Below, one piece after another: positions 25,141 to 38,700 of a stretch of DNA of 64,000 nucleotides. Location of the stretch: the NCBI GenBank assembly GCA_965655095.1, contig OZ296649.1:129022001-129086000 (forward strand), in the 5' to 3' direction. The notes under the pieces were generated by a model. The model did not search any database and had not been told where the DNA came from. It was given only the letters and a program-made list of their open reading frames with translations. This stretch comes from Haplodiscus bocki (lineage: Eukaryota). Position 1 is the stretch's first letter, and every line of letters starts with the position of its first letter. The translations under genes and the position numbers were made by a program.

Positions 25141-26649
25141 TAAAGTTTACGACAGTTCTTGAACTCCAACACTTATAACTATGCTTGTCATGTCGAATAT
25201 AATCCTCAAGAAAATCACGATTGAAAACGGAGGGTTTAAAGTGCGTAAGAGAAATAGGTTGTCAACGGTTGCCTTCCTGAGAAACTCCAATGAAAGAACG
25301 TGAAAAGGAGCTGAGTCAGATGATTCGCTGAAGAAATTGGTTCCATCAGTTGAAATTTTTCGAACAAGAAGGCGTGTTATATTGAAATATGATGTGGCCA
25401 AACGTGCCAGAAGTTGAATGTTGAAACCTTTATTAACGTCCCTAACACCTTGATACACATTGCTGATTGATGCATCGCCAGTTCGGCAAAACCTTGCGTT
25501 GAATCTATGGTTAGTGGTGTGTTTGTGTGTTATTCGAAGTGAGTTAATAATGAATCTTGAGAACCCTCTCACTCTGCAATTTTTTGCTCCCTCCATTATG
25601 TAGAAAGATTTACTGCTAGCTGCTGCAAGTCCCAACGAGGTGCTAAAAAGAAAGGAAGTGTTTTTGGCTCAACCAAAAAAATCCTTTTAGTTCAGCACCA
25701 GCAAGGCCAATAGGAGTTTTACCGTGCGCAGTTCGAGAAAAACATTTTTTTGCGATTTTTCTTCACCCGTCGTATTAGACAAGGTAGCATGCTTTGGACA
25801 CGTTGAGGTGCTCGAATCGCAAATTAATTTTCTAACTTGAGTCGAGTTATAGAAGCGAAGAGAAACCTGACCAAAGTCAGGGGCAGAAAAAATCATAAAA
25901 CAGCACAAAAAAGCAGAAAAAAACATGGAAAAAACAGAACTGAAATAGAACAAGAAAAAACAAAAGAGGTAAGCGCCAACTTTTGGATTTTCATGTAGTA
26001 AACTTTTTGAGTTAACAGCTATAAACTGATATGATGTAGTACCTGTTTGGTACTTATGCAGTAACTTTGATTCTGGCCATTTTTCCACAAATTCTCCCAG
26101 AGGCAACAATTTCTGACATTAGTCCCAATCCGTCACTGATCGCATGATGCCCATAGCAATCGGATGAGAAGATCTTTGATGCTAGAGCAACAGAATGTGG
26201 AAGATTTGTATTGAACCCAAATCGTCTCGTCATCAATTCGGTGGAACTGTGTTATGACGAAATGCATTCTGCCGGAGGAGGGCCACGGCTAGACTGGGGA
26301 TAATTAAGATAAAAAACTTTCGACAACAGCTAAATGAGTTCGCAATTTTTTTCAAAAGTACTTAGTGCCATTTTAGATGCTTTCTTTAGATGCTAGGCAT
26401 ACTAGGAACAAATCGAAATCAAAAAAACCTTAAAAACACAAGCCCACGTTGCTACAATATTGCTGAAAGAAACTCAGAAGAGTTCGAAAACGGATGGGAG
26501 CTCCAAACTGATGTTTCTTTTCAAAAAGGCTTTATTGAAGGAATGTCTCTCATTATTTTCATATTAGCTGCTGAGTAGAAATCATCCAGTCATCAGGATC
26601 AGGCAGCCAAAATTTTCACAAGACAACTTCCAAGTCTGAGTAGTTTGTA

Positions 26650-27100
26650 GGCTAAGTCCAAGATTTGTTACCCGTACAAAAGTCAAACTTAGCTTCCCTC
26701 TCCTCCTAAAGCCCAACACGGAGTTCAAGGGCGTGTGCTACACAAGTTAGATACAGTTTATTAAAGATTTCTATTGCAATACGTGGAGAAACGATGATCT
26801 CCATCATAAAAAACCGAGCAAAGTTTCACAACTTTAAGGAGTGATTTCATCGGAAAAACGCAGCACAACGTAGCTCTCCAAACGCCAAAATAGTTTCCTC
26901 AGCACCCAATTTTTCCGAACTTGTTCAGTGAGAAGTTTTTTCGAATTTTCCGACACTCACTGGAAGCTGCTGACGTTCTCGAGGTGATTTTGTGTACGAA
27001 AACACTCAAGCACAGCAACTTCCAACCGTAACCTCGCCAATTAAGGAAACGTGTCTCTTCAAGAGGATCAAAGAAATTGGATCTACGAATGCAACAAAAT
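26650..27100 (-). mobile_element. Possible BEL/Pao RNase H relic
   Basis: VSLIGEVTV...KSPRERQQL weakly parallels the SF..GK.RVAP...IPRLELQA motif. Confidence 0.2.
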
Positions 27101-28429
27101 TGATTTCGTTATCGTAACAGTGTTCTTACTTACTTATCAATTCGCATTTGCTATCGCTACTCGTTAACAAAGGTACTTCTCCCTCTTCATTCTTTCGTAT
27201 ATGTAGCGTTGAGGAAATACTGTAGCTAATCTTACGATTGAAAAGATTAGCACCATTAAGTTCGGCGCTCGGTATTGGCATGGAGTTTTAGAATTTTGCA
27301 TGTAGCAGCTGGGTTGTACAACAGTTCAGGGTGTAAAATTTAGGTTTTAATTTCTTGCAATATTTGTCCACCATCGCCGGATTCGCAAAATAATGCTATA
27401 TTTCACTGGGACTCTCTCTGGTTTCAAAGCATCTATGCTTAGACTTTAAGTCTAAAAATGCAAAAAAAGCGTTTCCTACCAGAACATCTCGGTAGTTTGC
27501 GATCAATAGGTTCATTTTGACGTTTTTCTGACATATATCTTTACACTAGTTCTTCAAATTGGCCTTCACTTCTAAATGGAACCAAAATTTCAAAACACGA
27601 AAGAGAGGTGGCCTAACCACTTCACTGATTTTCGGCGAAACTGTAAAATGGGGGATTAGGCCACTCTTCAATATGCCAGTCCTGAGCGTATCAACGTGAG
27701 ATAGCCAGTAAATTTAGGCTGATCAAACTTTTATTGATTACACGAAACACGTGATCGAAAATTGACAGTCTTTCCGTATCGTTTTTTTTTGGTTTCAACA
27801 CATCCGATTAGCAATGTGTAGTTAACTGAGACAGGAAACCCATCACTAGGTCTTTTAAAAAAATACGAGTAGAGATGTCAAGAAACAGGAAAGAGGTTCA
27901 ATACAAGAGCAGTGAGATCATAAGTTTGCTCGATGAATTCCATTAGAAATATGTGATGATTGTTCACTTTCGGGATAGTTGGACTTGTGTGCACATTATT
28001 TTTGAGCACAGAATCAGAAAAGTTATCATCTTGAACTGTTGCTTGAACTGTTTCGACACGTTTTCTGCGTTGTTTATAGATTCGACAAAACGGTACTCGC
28101 TTGTCACTTTGGTATTTCGTTGCTATCCAGGACCTAAAAACGTAGTTACAGTTTCTTTAGTTACAGCTACTTCAAGTCTCTGAACCAGCATTTCATCTAA
28201 TGTTGTTTGACTGGTACTTTGAGAGTCTTAGGCGTTTAGAGGGCAGCATTTTTCTGAGAAACTTGGAAACAAGACGGCCGGCTAGCACCGGCATATTTTT
28301 CGCACGAATAGAAATATTTTGATCAACATTTGCCCATAGTTAAAAACGAGACTACTGTTTAAAATCTAGTTTACGAAAGTTTTCTACAAACATCAATTAC
28401 ACCACTGATTTCTATATTTTATGCAAAAG

Positions 28430-29522
28430 AGGGGGTATCACGACTTTTCGTTCAAAATTTTTTGTCTCACAGTACCGAAAAATTTCGTTGGGGAACACGT
28501 CAGTGTTTCAGAAAATTTCATGTATTGCAAAATTTTATGCATAAGAAGGGGATATCACTAAACTCCGTTGAAAAATTTTTGTCTCACAATGCCGATAAAA
28601 TTCGTAGGAAAACACTTCTGTGTTTCGAAAGAATTCTGGTATGGAAAATTTTCAAGCAAAGGAGGGAGGAAGCTTCACGGTTTTATCGAAATTTTTTTTA
28701 TCTCACGGGATCGAAAAAAATTCGCCAGGGAACCATTCTGTGTTTCAGAAAATTTCTGGTAGGGAAAAAATTTTATGGATAAGAGGGGGGGGGGGGGGTA
28801 TCACGATTTTCCGTCGAAAAGTTTTTGTCTCACTGTACCAAAATATTTCATTGGAGAACACTTTGATGTTTCAGAAAAAATCTTTTATCGAAAATTTTCA
28901 TGCATAGAAGGGGGGGGGGCATCACGGTTTTGTCGAATTTCTTCGTCTCACAGGACCGAAACGAAAAGCTTTGTAAAAGAACCTTTCTGTTTTCCAGAAA
29001 GTTTCGGGTATCGAAAAAATTTATGCCCAAGAGGGGAATATCACGATTTTCGATAGAAAATTTGTTGTCTCACAGTACCAACAAACTTCGTAAGGAAACC
29101 CTTCTGTGTTTCACAAAACTTCTGGTATCGAAAAATTTTATGAATAAGAGGGGAGGAGGAAGAAGGGAGTCTCACAATTTTCTGTCGAAAATTTCTTGTC
29201 TCACAGTGCCGAAAAATTTCGTAGGGGAACGCTTCTGAGCTGTGTTTCAGAAAATTTCCGTTAGCGAAAAAGTTTATGCTTAAGGGAGTTATGTCACGAT
29301 CTTCTGTCGAAATTTTTTTGTCTCTCAGTACCGAAAAACTTCATAGGGGAACCCTTCTGTGCTATGTTTCAGAAAATTTCTGGTAGCGAAAAAGTTTATG
29401 GATAAGAGGGAGGAGAGTATCATGATTTTCCGCCGAAAATTTTTTTGTCTCAGTGCCGAAAAATTTCTTAGGGGAACCTTTTAATGTTTCTCTAATTTCA
29501 GGTATCGAAAAATGTTAGGGAT
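28430..29522. repeat. Nine diverged tandem units of 117-131 bp
   Basis: The anchor GTCTCACAGTACCGAAAAATTTCG.AGGGGAAC (or a variant) recurs at ~28464, 28581, 28700, 28827, 28945, 29067, 29198, 29320 and 29447, with a variable G/A-rich tract in each unit. Confidence 0.92.
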
Positions 29523-29538
29523 AAATCGTAAAAATATT

Positions 29539-29610
29539 TGGCGCGACAGTGACTCGAACCCCGAACATACTGCCTGAGAACCTTGTTGTCCTAAGCCAAC
29601 TGCTGTCCTT
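29539..29610 (-). ncRNA. tRNA-derived Pol III cassette (tRNA-Glu(CTC)-like pseudo-tRNA)
   Basis: GACAGCAGTTGGCTTAGGACAACAAGGTTCTCAGGCAGTATGTTCGGGGTTCGAGTCACTGTCGCGCCA: A-box-like segment, TCTCA anticodon-like loop, B box GGTTCGAGTC, CCA end, then TTTTT. The cloverleaf is imperfect. Confidence 0.5.
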
Positions 29611-31774
29611 TATTTTGAATAAAAAGAGTTGACAATTTTGGTCTGAAAAAAAAAGAAAAATGGCCCTACTGAATGAATAATTTTTCTTTCATATTACATA
29701 TGCGGCGAAAAATAATAATTTCCTTTTGTTCCAAAACGATAAGTTGCGTGAAGTATAGTATATGCAAACAGTATGAAGCACCTAAATGATCCTTCTTCAA
29801 ATGGTCTCTTTTTTGTCTTTGATATTCTCAACAATTACTTTCAGATTGTTAAGGTTTGATATGGTCAATAACATTTGCTGATGGCGGACAACCTTATGAA
29901 TGGGACAAACTTTCATGTGTAAACATAACCCAATGAGTTTCTTCTGTTGGATGTATATTTTCGATTCCTGAATTTGCTGAAAATTATCATTACGCATGAA
30001 GGTGTCCGAGTGAGAACTTTTAATTGATCCAATACCTTTCCTATTTTTATATGTCTTGTTTCATTTTATAAATTGTATTCCGTCAAAAACTCTCCAAAAG
30101 TTAACAGAGCAATTCCTGTCGAACCTGAAGCTTCAAATTGCGTTTTCTTCCATCGATTTCCAGTATTCAAAAGTTCCAACCCTTGTATTGGATGCGCGAG
30201 TGCTTTTCGAGAGTAAAGTGAGCAAATTGTTAAATTCCATGTTTAAAAAGTAAATAAGGAACACTCACCTTTTGAGGGATTTAGGATAGAACTTATAACC
30301 GATGACAAAAAACCGTTTTGCGAAAGCAAACATGAAGTTTTTTGTTTTTTCTTTACTCATATTTTTCATCTTGCATTGCATCAGAAAGTAATTCCTTATC
30401 TACTACAGTGGTTTGATAGCCTTTCGTTGGTGGGAGTTTGGAATTTTTTGACAGAAATTTCTACTAAAGAGTGGTTTGATTTGAAGTGAGAACATCTCAC
30501 AAAAACTCTGCTCACTGTAACAGCCGATGTTTATTAAAACGCCGACTAAAAAGCCATGCACAAGATGTTACTATTTATAATAGATTCCGGACATTCTGAG
30601 TAAAAGTTTCCGATTGAGAATGTTGTAGCTTGGTATGCCTTCAAATTAGTCAATCTATTCTTTCTTCCCACATCATTTACATAAATGGCGACCATGTATG
30701 GCAAACAGTGAGGGAACGTAGTATCATCTTCAGTGCATTTCCCAGTCTCAGTTCTTGTTGTGGACTGTCAGTGGGAAAAAGTAAGTCCAAAAGCAGGCAG
30801 CTTTTGTTTGTCCTGATGTCACTGAACAGTCGGGGGTCTCTTTCAAATAGCTGATAACAGATAGCAAGTGTATAGAATCGAAGGAATCAAAGTACGTCAC
30901 ACACTGCTTCTGTAGTTTGCCAGTTAAGATTACCAAGTGCTAAAGTTTAATGTACAAGCCTGAAGGTGATAGATATTATAGGTACGACGTTGACCTTCTT
31001 ATTCAGACCACTTCTGCCTCGCTAAAATTAAATGCTTTAAATTTACGTCACTGGAAGCAGTATCTTTGCCCGAGATACATATGCGCTCGAGTTACTTTTA
31101 ATGAATTTGAAAACTTATGTGAAAACTTTTTGCAAGTTGTTGCTAAAAAACAAATATCGATTTCGGTCAATACTCAAGATGGCTTCTTCTTTCAAGCTAA
31201 TTTCTCCGTTTCCAGGAGGGCCTAACTGAGACCCGCTCTTGATGTAAAGTGGTAATCAGAGTTGAAGGTGGCTGCAGGGTTCTATTTCAATTTCAAGAAA
31301 TGAAGCTCCAATTTTGATTTTAAAGAATCATATAATGTCGATTTTAGTCAAATTTCAAAATGGTTGAACTTTGAAATCTCAAAGTACCCACACTATTCTT
31401 TTTTGCCGAGAATCAATCAAAAACTCATATTCAATTCAAGCCGAAATTGAAGAGAAGCCGTTTCGAAATTTTGTTTACGTTCCCAGGACTACATGTGTTC
31501 ACCTTTTTGCTCAACCGATTCAATTATACGAAATTAAAATTTTCAAAAAAATTTCCCGGTTTTGCCGCATGGTTAAGTCTTTTAACCACATTGTTTTATC
31601 CGTCTTTCTGCATTTCGGAAACCAGTTCTGAGATGATCAAAATAACGAGGTAGGCACTTTGAAGCGTCTACTTATTTGCAATAATAAAAATACAGAGTCG
31701 ATGCAGTTACTCAAAAATATTGATTACAAGGTGTAACAACCAAGGTAATACGCTTCTTCTTTAATTGTCTTTTA

Positions 31775-32293
31775 ATAATGTCTTCCGTCCAAAGTGGAAG
31801 TTTAAAAATTTTTTCCAAGAATTCCAAAAAGTTGAAGAGAACTCATCCTTTCAAAACGAAGGTTTTTTTACGCTATCGGCCAGTTGATAAAGTCCAAAAC
31901 TCCGATTGTTCTATCCTTGATTTTTTTTGACAAATTTAAGCAAAATTGACGTAGAGTGCGACTGTCATAGTAAAGTTTCCCAAAAAGTACGAATAATATT
32001 TTTTTGTACAGAATAGATAGGTTTTTTTTGGAAAAAAGATTTTTTTGAAAAACGTTGAACGCAGCAAATTTGCTCTGGAGTGCGTATCAAATGATATTGT
32101 TTAACAGATTTGTTTTTTTTCCAGCTGGACTAAGGTTTTTCTGCAGATATTAGAAAAATTTTAACTTAGTAAAAAATGTCAAAAGTTGCCGAAAATACTG
32201 TTTTTTTAAAGAAAACGCTTTCATTCTTCTGAAAGGTGCCTTCAGCAAAACTAGTGGGCGGCAAATATGCCGATGATGGCCAGCCGTCACGTT
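31775..32293 (+). mobile_element. Second, older HINE-type element
   Basis: Its 3' end AAATATGCCGATGATGGCCAGCCGTCACGTT matches the 3' end of the 28.3-kb element at 25 of 31 positions. The 5' boundary is approximate. Confidence 0.5.
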
Positions 32294-32576
32294 AAAAAGC
32301 TTTCAAAATGTGTTAACACAACCCATATGTCCTCCCGCTCAATTCTAAGTCGGGTTGCATCTTGAGGATGATTTTCAAAGCAGTCTGCAAGTCAATGTAT
32401 ATTTTGCCTTATTGCATCAATTCCATGACTGTACCGTAAATACATCATAAGCTAAGAAAGTAAGGTATTGAAATCGTTTGATATTTTAATCGCTAAGTTG
32501 CCTAAATGGGTGGGAGTGGAGATAATTTGGAGGACATGAAACAGTATGACAAACAATTGAGTTATGTCAGCTGTGA

Positions 32577-32630
32577 ATGGAGTTCCGTTATCTGGAGTTC
32601 CGTTATCTGGAGTTCAGTTCCGTTGTCTGG
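32577..32630. repeat. Short 15-bp tandem repeat (TGGAGTTCCGTTATC)
   Basis: About three copies are visible directly. Confidence 0.7.
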
Positions 32631-32749
32631 TTGGAAACCGAAGATGTGCCATATCGTTCAAAAAATCGGGCTAGAAAATGACCAACAGGTGCCTGTGTCG
32701 TGGACTCGTAAGTCCTGCAGGGTAATGAGTTTTCACATCTAATGAACTG

Positions 32750-35700
32750 ATCGCTGATCACTAAGAGTCCTGCATGCATGGCCAGCTTTAGTTTTACAGT
32801 TCTAAAAGTTCTGAATCTGTGAGGGTTTGCTGAAGTTTCCACGGACCATGCTTTTCAATGCACGTCGCTTACTGTTCTTGTGACGTTCTTGAGCGGCTCC
32901 GGTACTTTTACCACGTACAACGTTTTGCTGAAACCTAATGAGTCGGTTTTGGATGGCCAATGCTTTGCGGCAAGTGGAGACAGTCAAATTCGTAGCATTG
33001 CTTTCCAGCGCGTTTTTCTCAGTCTCAGTCAAGATGTGAAAGGCCGACGATGATGGTCGAGAAAACCGTACGGAGCACATTTCTGACAATGACTTGTTGG
33101 AGAGAAGTTGTTCACATTTTCGTTTTTTGTTTGCCTTTTAGCAGAGATTTCACAAATTGTTATTTTTGGAAATAGGTCATGTGTGCATTTTCCGTGGCTC
33201 CGCAAATATAATGTTTTGTCCTTTTCTTGAAACCGACAGCACTTTCACCTTTGATTCGAGACTTATTTTCGGTGTCCATGTGATTTTGGTCCAACAGAAG
33301 GATACATCTCGCAAAGAATCATTTATCAAGTGAATCATCAAAACAAATTCATCGAGGACAAGGCATGCTTGTTATTTTTTCAGAAAGTGAAAACTGGGGG
33401 CTTAGTACGAAGCGAACATTTGAATGAATTTGGGGGTTAAACTTCTGTATATCTAGGGGATGTCGAGTTTCATTTGAGTTGGGTTGAAGGATTTGTTTAC
33501 TGCCAAAACAAACAAGGCGCAGTTTACACGGACATCCCATTTTATTAATGTGGTGAAAGAATCTTGATGACCTGACGTTGCTGGCGTCTTTACCCAGAAC
33601 AAATAATTTTTCTGCGGTTGCTGGCGCCAAGGTCGCTGCCTTCGGCAAAACCTCGTGGAACTCTTCAGAGGCACGTTGAGTGGCAGGGGACCATTCAATA
33701 TTCATATTTTTCTTGTGATAGTTTCAGCTTGGCATAGACTTCGGGGGCGCGGTCTGGAAAGCATTTGCAAAAATCATTGGTAAAGTTGTTGAAACTGGAT
33801 AGATGGGTTCTGTTTTAAGGAGTTTCCCAGTTCTGAAATTTTTCGACCGCTTCCAGATCCCGTACCTTGTATTCCTCAGTGTTGGTTCCTCTAAAAAACT
33901 TGGTTTCTGATTTGAAAAACAACTGGCGGTTTTTAAACCAGGAGCTGTTAAGCAATTACAGACTGCGTTCAATTTTAGCAAAGGTCTCAGATCAATTCGG
34001 AGACAATGATAATATCATGAAATTTGCACGAGACCGTGCTACTTGTTTGAATAATTGACACTAAACCATTCCTTTTTTCCTTTTGGCTAAAGCTGTGGCA
34101 TTGCGGAGCTGCCGCATTCTTTTCCACTTGAACGAGTTAAGCTCTCCTCCAGAAGCTGATTTCGAACGGTCCCATTTTTCATTGATGTGAATGAACGCTA
34201 AGGCTCAGTGTTTGCTCGTGAAGTGTTTCCCTCTAGCGGAAGGGTAAAAGTTATCATTGATCGACGGCGGAAGGTAGGCGTCCTTGACCGTGACGACTTT
34301 CATTTACCTAAAAACACAACAGAAGCTGAATTCTCCTACCTTTTTCTTCATTACTACAATAGTTTTCAAAAACAAGTTTGAGTTTGAATTTGTTATCATG
34401 CCTAAAGCTGAAGATTGGCTGACTTCTCGAATGCTCTTGTCTACCTTGTTATAGCTCACCATTCTCGCTGTTGTAACATTCAGTTGAACTCCCTGGAATA
34501 CCTCGATTCCACTTCCGTGTTCTGCGTTCTTAGTTATTACAACAAACTTAACCCACATTGTAACTCAAGAAAACGTCAATGTATCGAATCAACTCTTAAT
34601 GAGTTTATCACATGCTTCCGTCACCCACCCAGTCACAACTGGTGAAAAATGTGGTCCTGACAAGCGTTTCCCGAAAACTCAATCCCAGTTTCCGGATGTA
34701 TCTGCAAAAGTTTTACTGGTATCAAAGTGAATCTCGCTGGGCTGTAATCGCGTAGTTTAGAAATTCTAACCCTATTATTTTTCTGTTCATCACTGAAGTC
34801 TCTTTGCATACCAATTTTGCTAGTGTGTTGACTTCTGTGCCTCAATGAGAAGCCATGCGAACACTGGTGCGGCTTTTTTTTCATTCTTCGCTTTTCGTGC
34901 CCTCAAATCTCGACTAGAAGTGGACTCAATTTCAATGCCTTTCACCATTTTTGACGGGTCAGTTGACGTTCCTGTCAAAAATAGAGGTTCAGGGAAGTCT
35001 TGGGTCGTTCTCTTTTAGGATGTTGCAATTCGTAAATCTATATGCGACAACATTCGAGAGAACTTTGCGTTGGAATCTTGAGATCTGTCACCAAAACTGA
35101 TTGGTGACGTTGCTGGATTTTTTCTTGAATTGATGATATTGTTACCAGATTCGGGATACTTATGCATAACTTCTCGTTTTTTCTGCAAGCTGAATCCAAA
35201 CGTCGCAAGTTCCAGTGAAAAAATTCATCTGCTTTTGATAGAATTTCCAATTCGAACGTCAGTGTTTCGTCTCAATTTTTTTTTTCGGACAGAGTTTTCA
35301 CGGGTTTCTGGGGCTACAAAATTTGTGCGTCTAAGTTCAATCTCTGGCAAGTTGTCTTTTTTGAGAACAGTTTCAACACTTGACAGGAGTTTTTGGTTGC
35401 GTCCGATCCGGTTCCAGATTTTCTAGACGCTTGAAAGGCACCAAAGCTGGCTACGGATATGTTGATTTCACGACAGCTACTGCTGAAAGCATTGGAGATC
35501 TTCGTGTTATTGGAGCTGGGTTATAATGAACAACTCTTGAAATTGCTCTTTTGTTGTTTTTCTCGATTTCTCACGAAATCAGCGGCAACGAATTTCAATT
35601 TTTATACTATGGTTTAGAAGTCATGGTACTCTTTCTTAGCGTAATTGCCAGCATGGGATGTGTGCAGGTCCTGAGTTCTACCCTGGACATGCATTAAGTT

Positions 35701-36300
35701 TGTGCATTTCATCATTGCGGTGATCATTTGGCGTTTCCTAAGCATAAACTTTGGTCGTCAAATCATTCTTCATGTCCAGAGATTGACCTGTCGGCTCACT
35801 GAGGCTATTGAACGTCAAATGTGTTTCTCGTTTGCGCACGACTGGCGTCTACATCAAATCTCTTCGAGAATGCTGATTGTTCAGCTTTATTGGAGATGAA
35901 ATCTCTTGCCTCACACTCTAGGTAGTTGACCACTAGCCACAGCTTCCGCTGCAAGTCTTCTGAAGAGGGTTGACATGTTCTGAGTACATGCTTCATGACG
36001 GTGATCCATCGTTCCTCAAATTTGTTCTGAATTGACATATTTGATGTAGTTCTAAGATTCAGATCCTTCACATGCACTTGTGAGTACAAGCTATTTGTGA
36101 TAGTTTCAGAATTCGTGGTAAACACCTACTTGGTGAAGCTGGTACGAGACACGTTAGGAGCCACCCCTCTGGTTTCTTGGTGGCCGCTTGCAGCTCAGCG
36201 TCAAGTTGTGTCCCTTTTTCCGTTTTTCGGAGTATCGAAACAATTCAATTCTCTGGTGCTGGAAAACAAAAGTTGTGCAGCTTTCACCGATCCCTTGCAA
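32750..36300 (-). mobile_element. Degenerate Ty3/Gypsy pol (and gag) region
   Basis: RT relic FHDIIIVS (~34020), LNAVCNCLTAPGLK, and RT/RNase H junction IEWSPATQRASEEFHEVLPKAATLAP...FVLGKDASNV (ORF 33349-33705). Confidence 0.7.
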
Positions 36301-36479
36301 GGCTTTGCGTCGCTCCTACCATAACGTACGGTTGATTAAACGTGCTGTCCTTAGTAGCTGTGACATAACTTACAGTCATGGCTGAATCTCCAAGGTTTTT
36401 GATTATGTGGTTGGTCAGTAATAATTCAGTGGCTCAAAGTTTCGATCCCAGGTTCTGAGGTCTGGGAGCCTGGGCCCTG

Positions 36480-38700
36480 CTTTTTTTACTACAATATAAA
36501 GGAGTCCAAATTTTGCCCCATCAGATCATCTGTCTGGTCGACCAGAAATTGCGAAATTGCCAAGTCTACGTATTAAACGGTCATGGAACTTTGCAAGTGA
36601 TCTACACCTTGTTGAAAGACGAGGGTTTTAAAGCTTAGGAGTTTGGGTTCATTCAAGGCTTCAATTTTGCGCTTCGAATTATCATCAGCAGTTTTCCACT
36701 TGTTGCTAACTAATTTTGTGTCAATGACGCACTTCTTCACACAGTCAGTCCATTCTTTGAGTACATTCCTTGTTATTGCAAAGCAAATCACGCTATTGCT
36801 ATTCTTCACAAACTCGTGTAGCAGGTGCTGGAAGCGCCGCTTTTGTCCTAACTTTTGACGCGGAATCAAGCCTGTTTCTTCGTGTCTTGTCTCACTCCGT
36901 TCGTTGTAGGGGCTACAAATCCTGTTATATAGAGGTTCTGGGGCTAAAATGCTGTAATCTACACGGCCAGTTCACATGATTTTACGCCAGAAACAGTTGA
37001 TGCAGGCTTTATTTTGATTATTTTGAACAGATTTTTCCACATGGGTCTCCGATGTTGTCTTCTCTTTTTAAAACACCTTTCGTTTCTCAATTTCGGGTTT
37101 GCGAGATTCTGTGTTTTAGCTCTGGCTTCGGCAGGTGGTATGTTAGATGAGACTTGCGAGCGATAAGAGGTACTGGAGCACGTGAGAGTTGAAATTTGTC
37201 TCAGTGAAGTAAAAAAAACATCATGTTTTTGCGGCGTACAGACGTGGAAATATGCGTAAATCCTGTGCTAATGTTTTCAATGCGTACTGTTGAGCTTCGC
37301 AACGCTCAGGGTCTAGTCTTCAAACTACATCGCGTGTTAGGTGAAGTTCAGGAGACAATTATTAAAGAAAATACTAATGCTAGATGTTTGGCTAACAAAG
37401 ACGACATTATCTCAAGTTGACTTCTAAGTAGTTTGGAATTGTCAAAAAAGAGCTTTTCGTCTTCAAGTTGGCACTGGGTCCGTTTTTGCTGGTTATGAGG
37501 AAAAAAGAAAACACATCTTGATTTAGTTGTTGCATTACGAAAAGGTTTAGAACTTCATGGAATCTGCTCAAAAATCACAGGTTTCGACGTGCAAGATTTC
37601 AAAACTCTTCCACTTGATTTGAATGCTCCCCAAAAGTCATCCAGTTGTTCACACAGATCCCTAGAAAACAGGTTTTGTAGGGTAGTATGACCAAATATCA
37701 TTTTTCCGAGACTTCAAAATTTGAGATTTAGTAGTTTTTGCTGAACTTTCTATAATTCACGGGTGTTGGGCTGATTGCATTTGTTGGATTGTGCCTAAAT
37801 TCGTCCCATAATTTTGTAGTGTTGTTGAGATAACAAAGTTCCAGGGGTTATTGGGGAAATTTTGGCTTCCCTGTTTCGGTTGTGTTTTAAATACTTAAAA
37901 TCGGGCACATCCATATAAACTTCAGGACTTGCAGGTTTTTAAAAACGATTCAGGAACTGAAAAGGTCGCAAAAACTGTGCAGGTCAAAACTTTGCCGGTC
38001 AGTAGAAATCTGAGGGTGACGTTGCTGAGGTCACAAAATGGGTATATGCTCTCGCTTTTGTGTCTCAAACTTTCAAAATTAATTACCAATGATGAAAATG
38101 ACTTCGACAAAAGTTAATTGAAAACTTATTTTTTTAATTTTCATCCCATTCGTTGAAAATAGTGCGAGCAGGCACACGGTGGGTCACTGATATTGAACTT
38201 ACGTTCAGATTTGTCATTCCTGAATTGGGTTTAGTTGCTGTTCCTGAAAACAATGATTTGGATGGGTACTTAAAAATGGACATTTTTTGATGATTTCCAA
38301 ATGTTTCTCAGCAAATGTGTGCCCATATTGACTGGATGTTGAGATAAGCATAGCCAATTTTAATCAGAAGAGATCGCGTTGCTGTTGATTACCAAAATTG
38401 TTGCACTGAGTGTCATTAAAATGTGCCTTTTTGCATGAAATGTGGGGATCAAGACATCCGATTTTTGATTCGATTCCACCACTTCTAATGCGAATGGTTT
38501 GAAAGGTGACCTCGTAGCTCAGACAATAAAAATTGCGATATCGATATTGCAAGAAAAGTGGATCAGATGTTCAGAACTGGTTGGAGACACTCCAATTTCT
38601 GTCTGATTTGCAAATTGTCAGTGGCTTCCTTCTGCAGACTGATCTCACCGCGCCGAATTTTCCGAAAACTATTTCCTGGCGGTCCCTCACAACTATTCCA
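36480..38700 (-). mobile_element. Further degenerate Gypsy-like gag/protease fragment
   Basis: ORF 36573-36869 has a retropepsin-like layout without the catalytic DSG. The upstream sequence is coding-like but decayed. Confidence 0.3.

Larger units (their letters stand above)
28268..29716 (-). mobile_element. Non-autonomous Helentron derivative (DINE-1/HINE architecture)
   Basis: Perfect 10-bp subterminal inverted repeats TATTTTTCGC (28294-28303) and GCGAAAAATA (29705-29714). A partial IR lies next to the 5' subTIR. The 3' end has the GC stem-loop GCCGG-N6-CCGGC followed by CGTCTTGTT. T-rich flanks, no TSD, central tandem array. Confidence 0.75.

Noticed and set aside
25147-26109. Minus-strand ORFs of 162 and 140 aa
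   Set aside because: There is no recognisable family and part is low complexity, so it is probably chance in TE debris.
28462-29238. Several 60-112 aa ORFs
   Set aside because: They are by-products of the tandem repeat, open in multiple frames.
28430-29522. CRISPR-like array
   Set aside because: The units are homologous along their whole length with no unique spacers, there are no cas genes, and the context is eukaryotic.
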